Shown here in pieces: positions 37,305 through 46,603 of a stretch of 64,000 bases of DNA. The notes under the pieces were generated by a model. That model saw only the letters and a list, made by a program, of their open reading frames with translations. It was not told the DNA's origin and made no database searches. This DNA comes from Anaerolineae bacterium. GTDB lineage: Bacteria; Chloroflexota; Anaerolineae; S140-20. How positions within the stretch are numbered: the first letter of the stretch is position 1; every line of letters starts with the position of its first letter. Made by a program: the position numbers and the translations under genes. The stretch covers positions 11,479 through 75,478 of the forward strand of contig JALUTT010000003.1 of NCBI GenBank assembly GCA_027021705.1, read 5' to 3'.

Positions 37305-37356
37305 GCAACTTGCAATTCGCAATTCGCAATTCGCAATTTGCAATTCGCAATTCGCA
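37305..37356. repeat. Heptamer tandem repeat (GCAATTC) x7
   Basis: gcaactt gcaattc gcaattc gcaattc gcaattt gcaattc gcaattc gca. Confidence 0.92.
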
Positions 37357-37426
37357 GGGTGGGGCGGGGAGCCCCCTGGCCCGGCGATGGGTCTGGGGTG
37401 ACTCCCCACCCCAAGGGCGGTTTCAC

Positions 37427-38863
37427 CTACTCCTTGATGATCACCTTGTCGCCCAGCTCGACCTGGACGTCGGCGATGACGTTCTCCACCGCCTCATCGG
37501 GGGTCCACTGGCCGCTCTCGACCGCCGAGATGCCGCCGAAGTAGATCTCATCCAAGGTGCCGAAGTCGGGGTTGTTGGGCAGGAAGGTGGTGTACTCCAG
37601 CATATAGGCGGCCGCCTGGGCGAACTTGTCCTCGGCGTACTTGGGATCGTTCAGCTCCGACTTGAGGATGGCCAGGTGGCCGCTCTCGACGGCATGCAGG
37701 GCGTTGAGGTCCGGCGCCGTGGCCTCGGTGATGATGCGGAAGGCCAGGTCGGGGTTCTTGGACTGGGCGGTGACCATGTAGACCAACGGGTGGGAGAGGG
37801 TGTTGGGCTTGCCGCCCTTCTTCATCGCCGGGATCAGGGCGAAGCCGATGTTCTCCCACAGGTAGGCCTCGGGATCGGCCTCATTGGGCAGGTACTTATC
37901 CCGCCACTCGGCCCAGTTCCAAGTGCCGCCGTTGAAGAAGAGGGCCCGGCCGCTGGAGACCGTCTCGTGGATGATCTTCCACTCGGTCCCGATCAGGTCG
38001 GTCTTGGTGACCTTGTACTCCTGGGTGGCATCCCAGAAGAACTGGTAGACGCACTTGAGCGCCTTCTTGTCCAGGACCAGCTTGCCGGTGTCGGGGTCCT
38101 GCAGCGTGCCTCCGCAGTTGTAGTAGAAGTGGTAGAAGTCGGACCCCTTCTTCGGGCGGTGCCAGTAGCCGTAGCCGGGCTCGACGACGCCCTTGTCCTG
38201 AGCCTCCTTGGCGACCTCTAGCATGTCGTAGAGGGTGAACTCGCCGTTCTTGATCTTCTCAGGCAGGGCTTCGATCTCCTCCTCGGACCACCCCAGTTCC
38301 CTCAGGCGGGCCTTGCTGAAGTACATAGGCCGGGCCTCGGTGTCCTGGGGAATGGCCCACCGCTTGCCCTTGTAGGTCACCGCCCCCCACAGGCTCTCGA
38401 AGATGTCGTTGTAAGTGTCGGGGTACTGGGCGATGTAGTCATCCAGGGCGATGATGTAGCCGGCATCGGCCCAGGGCGCGATGTCCTCGTGGCCGGAGAG
38501 CACGATGTCGGGAGCCTTGCCGCCCTCGAAGGCCAAGAGCACCCGCTTCTTGTAGTCGCCCCAGGAGGTGGTGTCGAAGGAGGCCTCCACCTTCACGCGG
38601 ACGTTGGACCCTTCGGCCTCCAGCTTCTTGTTGAGCCGTTCGGCCGCCGTCTCCAGGTTCTTGGCCCGGTAGTAGGAAGGATCGTCGGGGCCAATGGTCC
38701 AAGCGACGATGGTGACCTCTTCGATCTCCGCAGCCGGTTTCTCGGCCGGCTTCTCCTCCGGCGCTTTGGTGGGCTCCGGTGTCGCCCCACCGCCGCAGGC
38801 CGTCAGGAGCAGGCTGACCACGATCAGGGCGCTCAGCAAGGACCACAGGAACCGCGTTTTCAT
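37427..38863 (-). CDS. ABC substrate-binding lipoprotein, similar to Thermotoga InoE-type inositol(-phosphate) binders
   Basis: Lipobox LLTAC; AWTIGPDDPSYYRAKNL, IPQDTEARP; inositol gene context. Confidence 0.85.
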   Translation of the reverse strand: MKTRFLWSLLSALIVVSLLLTACGGGATPEPTKAPEEKPAEKPAAEIEEVTIVAWTIGPDDPSYYRAKNLETAAERLNKKLEAEGSNVRVKVEASFDTTSWGDYKKRVLLAFEGGKAPDIVLSGHEDIAPWADAGYIIALDDYIAQYPDTYNDIFESLWGAVTYKGKRWAIPQDTEARPMYFSKARLRELGWSEEEIEALPEKIKNGEFTLYDMLEVAKEAQDKGVVEPGYGYWHRPKKGSDFYHFYYNCGGTLQDPDTGKLVLDKKALKCVYQFFWDATQEYKVTKTDLIGTEWKIIHETVSSGRALFFNGGTWNWAEWRDKYLPNEADPEAYLWENIGFALIPAMKKGGKPNTLSHPLVYMVTAQSKNPDLAFRIITEATAPDLNALHAVESGHLAILKSELNDPKYAEDKFAQAAAYMLEYTTFLPNNPDFGTLDEIYFGGISAVESGQWTPDEAVENVIADVQVELGDKVIIKE

Positions 38864-39043
38864 CGCTCATCTCCTCCTTTATGGTGTCTGGATTTGCGGG
38901 TAGGTACAGAGAGCGGCTCCCTATTCCAGAGAGCCTGTGTCCAATGAACAGATACCGGATTGCGCTTCCACAAGATTCCGGGGCATCACCTCCTTTCCCG
39001 CTGTGTAGGGATGGCCTTTCGTCAGCCCCGCCCGTGGGCAGCT

Positions 39044-39823
39044 CTATGCCGCTTGCCTCACCTCTTCAGGTCGCAGAGCTCCCACGATCAGTTCCGAGAT
39101 CTCCTCTGGTGTGACCTCCCCTTTGTGGAAGTCCCCCAGGTTCCGCCCGTGGCTCAGGATGGTGAAACGGTCGGCCACAGGGTGCACGTGGTAGACGTTG
39201 TGGGTGATGAAGATCACCGAGAGCCCTCGATCCTTCGCCTCCACGATGTAGTTGAGGACCTTGCGGGTCTCCTTCACCGAGAGGGCAGAGGTAGGCTCGT
39301 CGAGGATGAGAAGCTTGACGCCGAAGTGGATCGCCCGTCCGATGGCGATGGACTGCCGTTCTCCCCCGGAGAGGGTCGCTACCTCTTCGTGAGGGGAGCG
39401 GATGCGGATGCCGATCTCCGCCAGCACGTGACGGGCCACGTCGTTCATCGTCTTCTGGTCCAGGAATCGGAAGGGACCGATCCGCTTCACCGGCTCCCGC
39501 CCCAGGAAGAAGTTGCGGGCGATGCTCATCAGGGGCACCAGGGCCAGGTCCTGGTAGACGGTCTCGATGCCCATCTCCCGGGCATCGTGGGGGGAGGTGA
39601 AGCGCACCTTGCGCCCCTCGAAGTAGATCTCCCCTTCGTCGGGGGGGTAGAGGCCGGTGAGGATCTTGATCAGGGTGGACTTTCCTGCCCCGTTATCCCC
39701 CAGCAGGCCGACCACCTCCTGCCGGCCTACGGTGAAGTTCACCCCCTGCAGGGCCTGGACGTGGCCAAAGCTCTTGCTGATGTTGACCATACGGACCAGG
39801 GGTTCGTTCTGTTCGTTGGCCAT
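39044..39823 (-). CDS. Monosaccharide/polyol ABC ATP-binding protein (single domain)
   Basis: GDNGAGKST, GIETVYQDLAL, LSGGERQ, LDEPT. Confidence 0.93.
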   Translation of the reverse strand: MANEQNEPLVRMVNISKSFGHVQALQGVNFTVGRQEVVGLLGDNGAGKSTLIKILTGLYPPDEGEIYFEGRKVRFTSPHDAREMGIETVYQDLALVPLMSIARNFFLGREPVKRIGPFRFLDQKTMNDVARHVLAEIGIRIRSPHEEVATLSGGERQSIAIGRAIHFGVKLLILDEPTSALSVKETRKVLNYIVEAKDRGLSVIFITHNVYHVHPVADRFTILSHGRNLGDFHKGEVTPEEISELIVGALRPEEVRQAA

Positions 39824-39825
39824 CG

Positions 39826-40794
39826 TTACCGCCCCCGGATTCTCACGTTGATGATGACCGCGGCGATGAGGATGACGCCGATGAAGGCGCGATACCAGTA
39901 GGCCGGTGCGCCGGCCAACACCAATCCGCTGCGCACCATCCCAATCATCATCACGCCCAGGGCGGTCCCCAGGATGCTGCCGTACCCGCCTGTCAGCAGC
40001 GTTCCTCCGATGACGGCGGCGGCGATGGCCTGGAGCTCCCACTCCTGCCCGCGCAAGGGGTCCACCGACTTGAAGCGGCTGAACTGAATGATGCCAGCCA
40101 GGGCCGCCAGCATCGCCGAGAGGACGAAGTTGATGATCTTGGTACGCGCCACATTCACGCCCAGAGCGCGGGCAGCGCCGGGGTCCCCTCCCGTCGCATA
40201 CACACCGTTTCCGTAGCGCGTCTGGGTCAGCACAACCTGGAAGATGAGGACGATCAGGACAAACCAGAAGAGGGATGTATGGAAGCCACCAGCGAAGCGC
40301 CCGCCCAAGGCAGAGAGCAACCAAGAGCCGCCCTCGTAGACGACGGGGAAGCCGCCCGTGACGGCCAGCAGGACTCCCCGCCAGAACATCATCGTGCCCA
40401 GGGTGACGATGAAGGAGGGAATGCGGGTTTGGATGACCAGGAGACCGTTGATCAGGCCGATGATTGCTGCCAGGCCTATCGAGATCAGGAAGGCCAAGCT
40501 GTGGGGCCAACCGGCCTTGGCCAGCAGGGCGAAGGCCATAGCCCCCACCCCCAGGACAGAGCCCACCGAGAGGTCGAACTCGCCGGCGATCATCAGGAAG
40601 GTGATACCAACGGCGACGATGCCCAGCTCGGCGGCTATCGTCATGATACCGGAAAGCGAGGCCAATGTCAAGAATCGTTCAGCAAAGAGGGAAAAGCCGA
40701 TGAAAACGGCCAAGAACCCCGCTAGGGCACCGATCTCCGGATAGCGGGACAATTGGCGTGCCAGCGATCTCCAGGTAGACGCCCTTACGCTCAT
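39826..40794 (-). CDS. RbsC-family ABC permease
   Basis: GEFDLSVG, IPSFIVTLG, ELQAIAAAVIGG. Confidence 0.93.
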   Translation of the reverse strand: MSVRASTWRSLARQLSRYPEIGALAGFLAVFIGFSLFAERFLTLASLSGIMTIAAELGIVAVGITFLMIAGEFDLSVGSVLGVGAMAFALLAKAGWPHSLAFLISIGLAAIIGLINGLLVIQTRIPSFIVTLGTMMFWRGVLLAVTGGFPVVYEGGSWLLSALGGRFAGGFHTSLFWFVLIVLIFQVVLTQTRYGNGVYATGGDPGAARALGVNVARTKIINFVLSAMLAALAGIIQFSRFKSVDPLRGQEWELQAIAAAVIGGTLLTGGYGSILGTALGVMMIGMVRSGLVLAGAPAYWYRAFIGVILIAAVIINVRIRGR

Positions 40795-40896
40795 CAGGTC
40801 TGCTCGCTCCTCTCCCCCTTGGAGAGGTGGCAGGGGGAGCAGAGCCCCTCCCTGCCACCTATGGGCTCGGTCAAGATGCAGACGGGCTCCGATGGA

Positions 40897-41901
40897 CTAC
40901 CGGTAACCGGCCTTGATCAACTCCTCGATGGCCCCCACGTTTGAGGCGTCCACGATGGCCGGGCCGGTGAGGATGTCTGTGGCGGGGACCAGTTGGTACT
41001 TGTTGTAGAGGTAGAGCCAGACGATGGGCATGTAGCCCTGGAGGTACTGCTGCTGGTCAATGGTGAAGAGGGTGATGCCGTCCTTGATCGCCCCCAAGGT
41101 CACCTCGTCCAGGTCGAAACTGCCGTGGAGGATCTTCCCCTTGAGGTTGTTCTCCTTGATGTATTGGATCATCGGGTTGGCCCCCAGCGGCCCCAGGGTG
41201 AAGACGGCATCGGTGTCGGGGTTCTTGGCGAAGTAGCTCTTGAGGACCTCGACGGCCTGGGTGGGATCGGTGCCGATGTCTAACTTCTCGGCGGGAACGC
41301 CAGCCTCGCTCATCACGTCAATGAAGCCCTTGCAGCGGGCCTCCAGTCCCACGTGACCGACCTCGTGGATAGCGCAGAGGGCTCGCGTCGGCTTCCGCTC
41401 TTGGAGCATCCGCTCGGCGGCCCGCTGCCCCCCCAGGTACTCGTCGCCGCCGACGTAGAAGAGGTAGGGGATGCGCTCGCCGGCCGGCCGGGGGTCGGGC
41501 ACGTTGATGGCGATGACGGGGATACCCTGCTCGATGGCTCGGCGCAGGGGCTCATCCAGCGCGTTGGGATCGGTGATGGTGACGGCGATCCCATCCGGTT
41601 TGGCCGCGATGGCACTGTTGAGCAGGTTGACCAGCTCATCAATGGAGAACTTCTCCGGCCCTGAGTAGATGGCCTTGACCGGCAGCGTGGCAGCCGCGTC
41701 TTCCATCCCCCGCATCACGACGCCCCAGAAGGGGTCCGCCGGTCCGCCGTGGGAGACGACGTAAAAGGTGAACTCGACTTCCTGGGCAGCACCTTTCTCC
41801 TCCTCTTTGGGAGCCGGTGTCGCCTGTTGCTGACAAGCCGTGGCGACTAACGCCACGACGATCAGCAGGACCAGTGCCGGAAGCCAAACGCGGCGCGACA
41901 T
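40897..41901 (-). CDS. Sugar (probably inositol) ABC substrate-binding lipoprotein, RbsB-like
   Basis: Lipobox VATAC; VSHGGPADPFW, TIDQQQYLQGY. Confidence 0.9.
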   Translation of the reverse strand: MSRRVWLPALVLLIVVALVATACQQQATPAPKEEEKGAAQEVEFTFYVVSHGGPADPFWGVVMRGMEDAAATLPVKAIYSGPEKFSIDELVNLLNSAIAAKPDGIAVTITDPNALDEPLRRAIEQGIPVIAINVPDPRPAGERIPYLFYVGGDEYLGGQRAAERMLQERKPTRALCAIHEVGHVGLEARCKGFIDVMSEAGVPAEKLDIGTDPTQAVEVLKSYFAKNPDTDAVFTLGPLGANPMIQYIKENNLKGKILHGSFDLDEVTLGAIKDGITLFTIDQQQYLQGYMPIVWLYLYNKYQLVPATDILTGPAIVDASNVGAIEELIKAGYR

Positions 41902-42077
41902 AGCAACCTCCTCCTTCGCATTCAAGCTGGATAGCTCTGACCGTCCTTGCTTAGGTTCGCCGGAGCCCCGCTCTGGGGCGAAGCGGATTCCACGATCCGT
42001 CGTTCTCCTAAGGTACCACCCCCTTTCTTTGGAAAGCTGGAGCGACTGCCCTCCGATGGCCAGCGGGCTGCGCTGGC

Positions 42078-43097
42078 CTATCCTTCCACCTCGCTGAGCC
42101 GCACCGGGCGGTTCTCTTGAACCGACTTGCGGGCAGCGTAGGCCATGACTACGGGGATGCGGCCATCCTGACCGGTCACCGGAGGCGAGGTGTCCTCCAG
42201 AATGGATCGGATGAACGCCCTCATCTCGATCACGTAGGCCTCCGCGTAGCGCTCGATGAAGAAGAAGAGGGGCTTGGCAGCGTGAACGCCCTCGCCGTCG
42301 CTGATGACCGCAGTATCGGGCGTCCGGTTGGAGACCATTACCATGCCCTCGGAGCCGAAGACCTCCACCCGCTGGTCGTAGCCGTAGACGGCCCGCCGGC
42401 TGTTGTCAATGGTGCCCAGTGCACCGCCGGCATAGCGCAAGGTGAGGATCGCGGTGTCCAGATCGCCGACCTCACCGATCTGGGGATCCACCAGCACGCC
42501 GCCAGCGGCGTAGATTTCCTCCACCTCATCGTTGATCAGGAAGCGGGCCATATCGAAGTCGTGGATGGTCATGTCCACGAAGATGCCCCCGGAGACCTTC
42601 ACGTACTCCAGAGGTGGGGGCTCCGGATCCCGGCTGGTGATGCGCACGATGTGAGGCTGGCCGATCCGACCTGAGGCTACGATCTCCCGAGCCCGCCGGA
42701 AGCTGGGGTCGAAGCGGCGGTTGAACCCCACCTGCAGCTTCACCCCCGCCTCCTCCACAGCGGCCAGGGCCTGGTCAATTCGGGCCAGGTCCAGGGCGAT
42801 GGGCTTCTCGCAGAAGATATGCTTGCCCACGGCGGCCGCAGCTTCGATCAATGGGGCGTGGGTATCGGTGCTAGAGCAGATAAGCACGGCCTCAACGGTC
42901 CGGTCCTCCATAATAGGTTCGGGGTCGGTGTAGACGGAAGGGACCTGGAGCTCGGCGGCCAGCTTCTGGGCTGCCTCTTCGATGACGTCGGCAACGGCCA
43001 CCAGCTCCGCCTCCGGGATCTGATAGACCAGGTTGCGGGCGTGCACCCGACCGATTCGGCCCGCACCGATAAGGGCTACACGGACTCGTCGTGCCAT
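42078..43097 (-). CDS. iolG: myo-inositol 2-dehydrogenase
   Basis: GAGRIG, CEKP, GFNRRFD, ITSRDP, SGGIFVDMTIHDFD, YGYDQRVE. Confidence 0.92.
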   Translation of the reverse strand: MARRVRVALIGAGRIGRVHARNLVYQIPEAELVAVADVIEEAAQKLAAELQVPSVYTDPEPIMEDRTVEAVLICSSTDTHAPLIEAAAAVGKHIFCEKPIALDLARIDQALAAVEEAGVKLQVGFNRRFDPSFRRAREIVASGRIGQPHIVRITSRDPEPPPLEYVKVSGGIFVDMTIHDFDMARFLINDEVEEIYAAGGVLVDPQIGEVGDLDTAILTLRYAGGALGTIDNSRRAVYGYDQRVEVFGSEGMVMVSNRTPDTAVISDGEGVHAAKPLFFFIERYAEAYVIEMRAFIRSILEDTSPPVTGQDGRIPVVMAYAARKSVQENRPVRLSEVEG

Positions 43098-43166
43098 CGC
43101 TCTCCTCGCGCTTTCGGGGGAGGTGCCCGGCAGTTCTCGCGCTGCCGGGCACCGAAACGGCCCAGG

Positions 43167-44387
43167 TCAGGAGGCCGGCACGGAAACCGGCTGGGCCTGT
43201 TCAACCTTCTCCGAGGGTTCCGGGGGCTGGTAGCCTGGCTTCACCATGATCTTCCCGTCCCGCCGCTCTGTGGATTGGGCGATGGCGTGCACCGTCTCCT
43301 CCAGGCTGTAGCGGGCGGTGATGATGGGGGTCAGATCCAGCCGGCCCGAGGCCACCAGCCGGATCACGTTGGGGAAGGTGCCGTGGCCCGAATGGCCCTG
43401 GGCCCCGAAGACCTGGGAGCGGCGCACCTGGAGCGTCTCCAGATACATCGGCACCCGCTGGGCCGCCCGCCCGATCTGGACGATCTTGCCGTTGATGGCC
43501 AGGCTCTTTTCCATCTCCGGGACCGTCAGGTGAGGCACGCCGGCCGCCTCCACGTGGAAGTCGAACCCTTCGCCCTGGGAGAGCTCCATCAGCACCTCGT
43601 GGGGCGTCACCTCGCGAGGGTCGTAGACGTAGTCAGCGCCCACCCGCTTGGCCAACTCGCGGCGCTGAGGGGAGATCTCGAAGGCCACGATCAGCCCTGC
43701 GCCGGCAGCTTCGGCCAGGCCGATGGCTGCCAGCCCGATGGGGCCGGCCCCGAAGATGCTGACGTAGTGACCAGGGCGGAAGCCGCCGGCCCGCTCGAAG
43801 ATCGCGTTGTAGGAGACGCAGGTCGGTTCCGTCAGCGCAGCCGCTTCGTAGGCCTTCTCCTCGTCGCCGAACCGTTCCAGGTAGCTGTTCACCTTCCAGC
43901 AGTACTTGGCCCCGATGGCGATGTACTCGGCGAAGGCCCCATCAATGGTGAACCCGATCTCCTCCAGGTTGACGCAGTGGTTGGGGAAGCCATTGCGACA
44001 GGGGGTGCAGTGGCCGCACCAGATCATCTCCTCGCAGGTGACCATATCGCCCGCCTTCAGATCGGTCACCTCAGAGCCCACTTCCACCACCTCGCCGGCG
44101 AACTCGTGGCCCAGCACCACGGGGAACTTGGTCAAGCCCGGATAGAGGATGTAGCCCTCCTCGTCGGTCTCGTAGAAGTGCATATCCGAACCGCAGACGC
44201 CACAGGCCCGGACCCGGATCAGCACCTGGTCTGGTCCCACGCTGGGCATAGGTCGCTCGACCACTTCCAGACGGGGGTGCCGCCAGATGCTGGAGCCGGT
44301 GATCGCCTTGCCCGTCTCCTTTTCCCAATCGGACAGCGGGTAATCGGGACGGGGGTCCCACTCGGCTGTCAACATCAAAGCCCTCAT
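43167..44387 (-). CDS. iolM: scyllo-inosose 3-dehydrogenase-like Zn-dependent MDR dehydrogenase
   Basis: CGSD, GHE, EEMIWCGHCTPCRNGFPNHC, GAQGHSGHGTFP; adjacent to iolG. Confidence 0.8.
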   Translation of the reverse strand: MRALMLTAEWDPRPDYPLSDWEKETGKAITGSSIWRHPRLEVVERPMPSVGPDQVLIRVRACGVCGSDMHFYETDEEGYILYPGLTKFPVVLGHEFAGEVVEVGSEVTDLKAGDMVTCEEMIWCGHCTPCRNGFPNHCVNLEEIGFTIDGAFAEYIAIGAKYCWKVNSYLERFGDEEKAYEAAALTEPTCVSYNAIFERAGGFRPGHYVSIFGAGPIGLAAIGLAEAAGAGLIVAFEISPQRRELAKRVGADYVYDPREVTPHEVLMELSQGEGFDFHVEAAGVPHLTVPEMEKSLAINGKIVQIGRAAQRVPMYLETLQVRRSQVFGAQGHSGHGTFPNVIRLVASGRLDLTPIITARYSLEETVHAIAQSTERRDGKIMVKPGYQPPEPSEKVEQAQPVSVPAS

Positions 44388-44425
44388 AGTTGTAACCTCC
44401 TACCGGTGAAAGGGATTCCAGCCCC

Positions 44426-45436
44426 TCACGTGTTGGGTGGCTGGCAGGAATCTCGGACGATCAACGTCCCCTGGACGAGCACATCCTCAACGGGATGGTC
44501 CTCCAGAAGGTCCAACACCATTTCCATCGCCTGGTAACCCATCTCGTACTTGGGCTGACGGACGGTGGTCAGAGGAGGGATCGTATAGGCGGCGATGGCG
44601 ATGTCATCGAAGCCGACCAGGGAGAGGTCATCGGGGACGCGAATCCCCCGGCGATAGCAGCGTTGCAGGACACCGATGGCCGTCATATCGTTGTAGCAGA
44701 AGATGGCTGTCGGAGGAGAAGGGAGCGCCAGGAGCAGGTCGAGGCCGATCTGTCCGTTTTGAACGTCTTCTGTCTCGGTAGGGTAGACCATCCAACGGGG
44801 ATCAGGAGAGATACCGTGAGCTTCCAGGGCTGCCCGGTAACCCGCCTCTCGAGCCTGGCTGGAGGCCTCGCGGTGCACACAGCCGATGTAGCCGATGCGG
44901 CGGTGGCCTAGTTGGAGCAGATGGTCTACGGCCATCTGGGCACCCTCCCGGTCATCCATGGAGACCGAGTAGGTATACGTGCCGGGCTGTTGGTTGTTGA
45001 TGAGCACCACCGGGACCTGGATCTCCTCGAGGAGGGGCGCGTACAGACTCCCCACCCGGGAGGCGGTGACGATAACGCCATCCACCCGTCGCTGGCGGAA
45101 GGTGCGCACGACCGAGATCTCCCGCTCCGGGATAGCTCGGGAACTGCTCAAGAAGACGCTGTAGCCTGCCTGGTGAGCGGCATCTTCCACGCCGCGCATC
45201 ACCTCGGCCACGAACGGGTCGGCGATGGAAGTCACCACCATCCCCACCGTGCGGGTGCGGCGGGTGACCAGCCCCCGGGCGACGGCGCTGGGGGAGTAGC
45301 CCATCTCCTCTGCCAGTCGCTTGATGCGGGCTTTGGTCTCGGGGCTGACAAGAGGGCTATCCCGGAGAGCCCGGGAGACGGTAGAGTGGGAGACCCCTGC
45401 GGCCCGGGCTATATCTTTGATCGAGACGGGGGACAT
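44426..45436 (-). CDS. LacI-family transcriptional regulator
   Basis: SIKDIARAAGVSHSTVSRAL, PTAIFCYND, VGFDD, PPLTTVRQ. Confidence 0.96.
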   Translation of the reverse strand: MSPVSIKDIARAAGVSHSTVSRALRDSPLVSPETKARIKRLAEEMGYSPSAVARGLVTRRTRTVGMVVTSIADPFVAEVMRGVEDAAHQAGYSVFLSSSRAIPEREISVVRTFRQRRVDGVIVTASRVGSLYAPLLEEIQVPVVLINNQQPGTYTYSVSMDDREGAQMAVDHLLQLGHRRIGYIGCVHREASSQAREAGYRAALEAHGISPDPRWMVYPTETEDVQNGQIGLDLLLALPSPPTAIFCYNDMTAIGVLQRCYRRGIRVPDDLSLVGFDDIAIAAYTIPPLTTVRQPKYEMGYQAMEMVLDLLEDHPVEDVLVQGTLIVRDSCQPPNT

Positions 45437-45485
45437 AGAACCTACCGTCTTGAGCGAAGCGCCCTCATCGAGCTGGCACACAGGG

Positions 45486-45530
45486 TGCACACGTGTGCAA
45501 TATTCTACCATAACTTTCTAGGGATGTCAA
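45486..45530 (-). promoter_or_regulatory. Sigma70 promoter with LacI-type operator
   Basis: TTGACA(45530-45525)-17bp-TAGAAT(45507-45502) with TG extension; perfect palindrome TGCACACGTGTGCA at 45486-45499. Confidence 0.8.
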
Positions 45531-45633
45531 TATGCACAATATAGTCTGTAAAACAATTGTAATCACTCATATTCTGGTGCTAAGCTCCGGCACTGGCAGG
45601 CCGAAAGCCCCGAAAAAACCCTCCCTGAAGCTA

Positions 45634-45676
45634 TTGACATTTGGAGCCAAACCATTATAATGATTTTGTAACAAAG
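45634..45676 (+). promoter_or_regulatory. Sigma70 promoter for the GntR operon with possible operator
   Basis: TTGACA(45634)-16bp-TATAAT(45656), followed by dyad TTTGTAACAAA. Confidence 0.68.
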
Positions 45677-45717
45677 TCCCGTTCTCTTGTCCTCACTTCA
45701 AGGAAGGTAGGTAGACG

Positions 45718-46458
45718 ATGATTGTAAGTCGCGACGACCCACGGCCCATCTACCATCAGATTCGGGAGTATATCCTGAAGCAGATCACCAGTGGTGCTTG
45801 GCAGGAAGGGGACCAGATCCCCACAGAGGAGGAGCTGTGCCAGATGACAGGGGCCAGCCGAACGCCAGTGCGGAGGGCGTTGGAGATGTTGGTGAGCGCT
45901 GGCTACATTGAACGGATCCCCGGCAAAGGTACTTTCGTCACCCGCCCTCACCCTCCTCTGCGTTTCCCCACAGACCTAAGGGGCTTCACCGAGGATATGC
46001 GCAGCCGAGGGTTCCGCCCCACCTCCCGCGTTCTGACCTCGGAGATCATCCCGGCTACGCCGGAGATCGCCGAACGCCTCCGGATTGAGCCGGGAGACCA
46101 GGTCTTTCACCTGGGGCGGCTTCGCCTGGTGAACAGCGACCCCGTCGGTTTGGAGGATGCCTATCTGAACTATCAGCTCTGTCCAGGCATCGAAGAGCGT
46201 GACTTTAGTCAGCGGTCCCTTTACTTCACCCTGGAGCGAGAGTATGGCCTTCGCCTCGCCTACGCGAGGCGGACCATCCGTATTGTCAAGCTGGAGGTGC
46301 GGGAAGGCCGTCTGTTGATGAGCCGGACCGGAGAGCCGGCCTACAACATCCAGGACATCCTCTATCGGGAAGGCGACATCCCCATCTCCTACACCAACTC
46401 CCTCTTCCGTTGGGACCGCTACGAACTCTCCCTGACCCTACTGCGGGGCAACACGTGA
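45718..46458 (+). CDS. GntR/HutC (UTRA) transcriptional regulator
   Basis: PIYHQI, IPTEEEL, SRTPVRRAL, GKGTFV, UTRA-like C-terminus. Confidence 0.94.
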   Translation: MIVSRDDPRPIYHQIREYILKQITSGAWQEGDQIPTEEELCQMTGASRTPVRRALEMLVSAGYIERIPGKGTFVTRPHPPLRFPTDLRGFTEDMRSRGFRPTSRVLTSEIIPATPEIAERLRIEPGDQVFHLGRLRLVNSDPVGLEDAYLNYQLCPGIEERDFSQRSLYFTLEREYGLRLAYARRTIRIVKLEVREGRLLMSRTGEPAYNIQDILYREGDIPISYTNSLFRWDRYELSLTLLRGNT

Positions 46459-46603
46459 TGCACCAGTTCGGCCTCCCAGGGGGACAGGACAGAAGCGAAA
46501 AGGAAAGGAGGTGAGGCTGCGTAGCAATTCTCTTCCCTGACCCTTGCCGCCGCGAAATGTGACAGCGCCATGCCACGCCTGCACCTATAGAGGAGGTAGT
46601 CCG

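Noticed and set aside
37305..37356. CRISPR array (also 421-543, 9962-10050, 34093-34185)
   Set aside because: 7-8-bp contiguous units without spacers, and no cas genes
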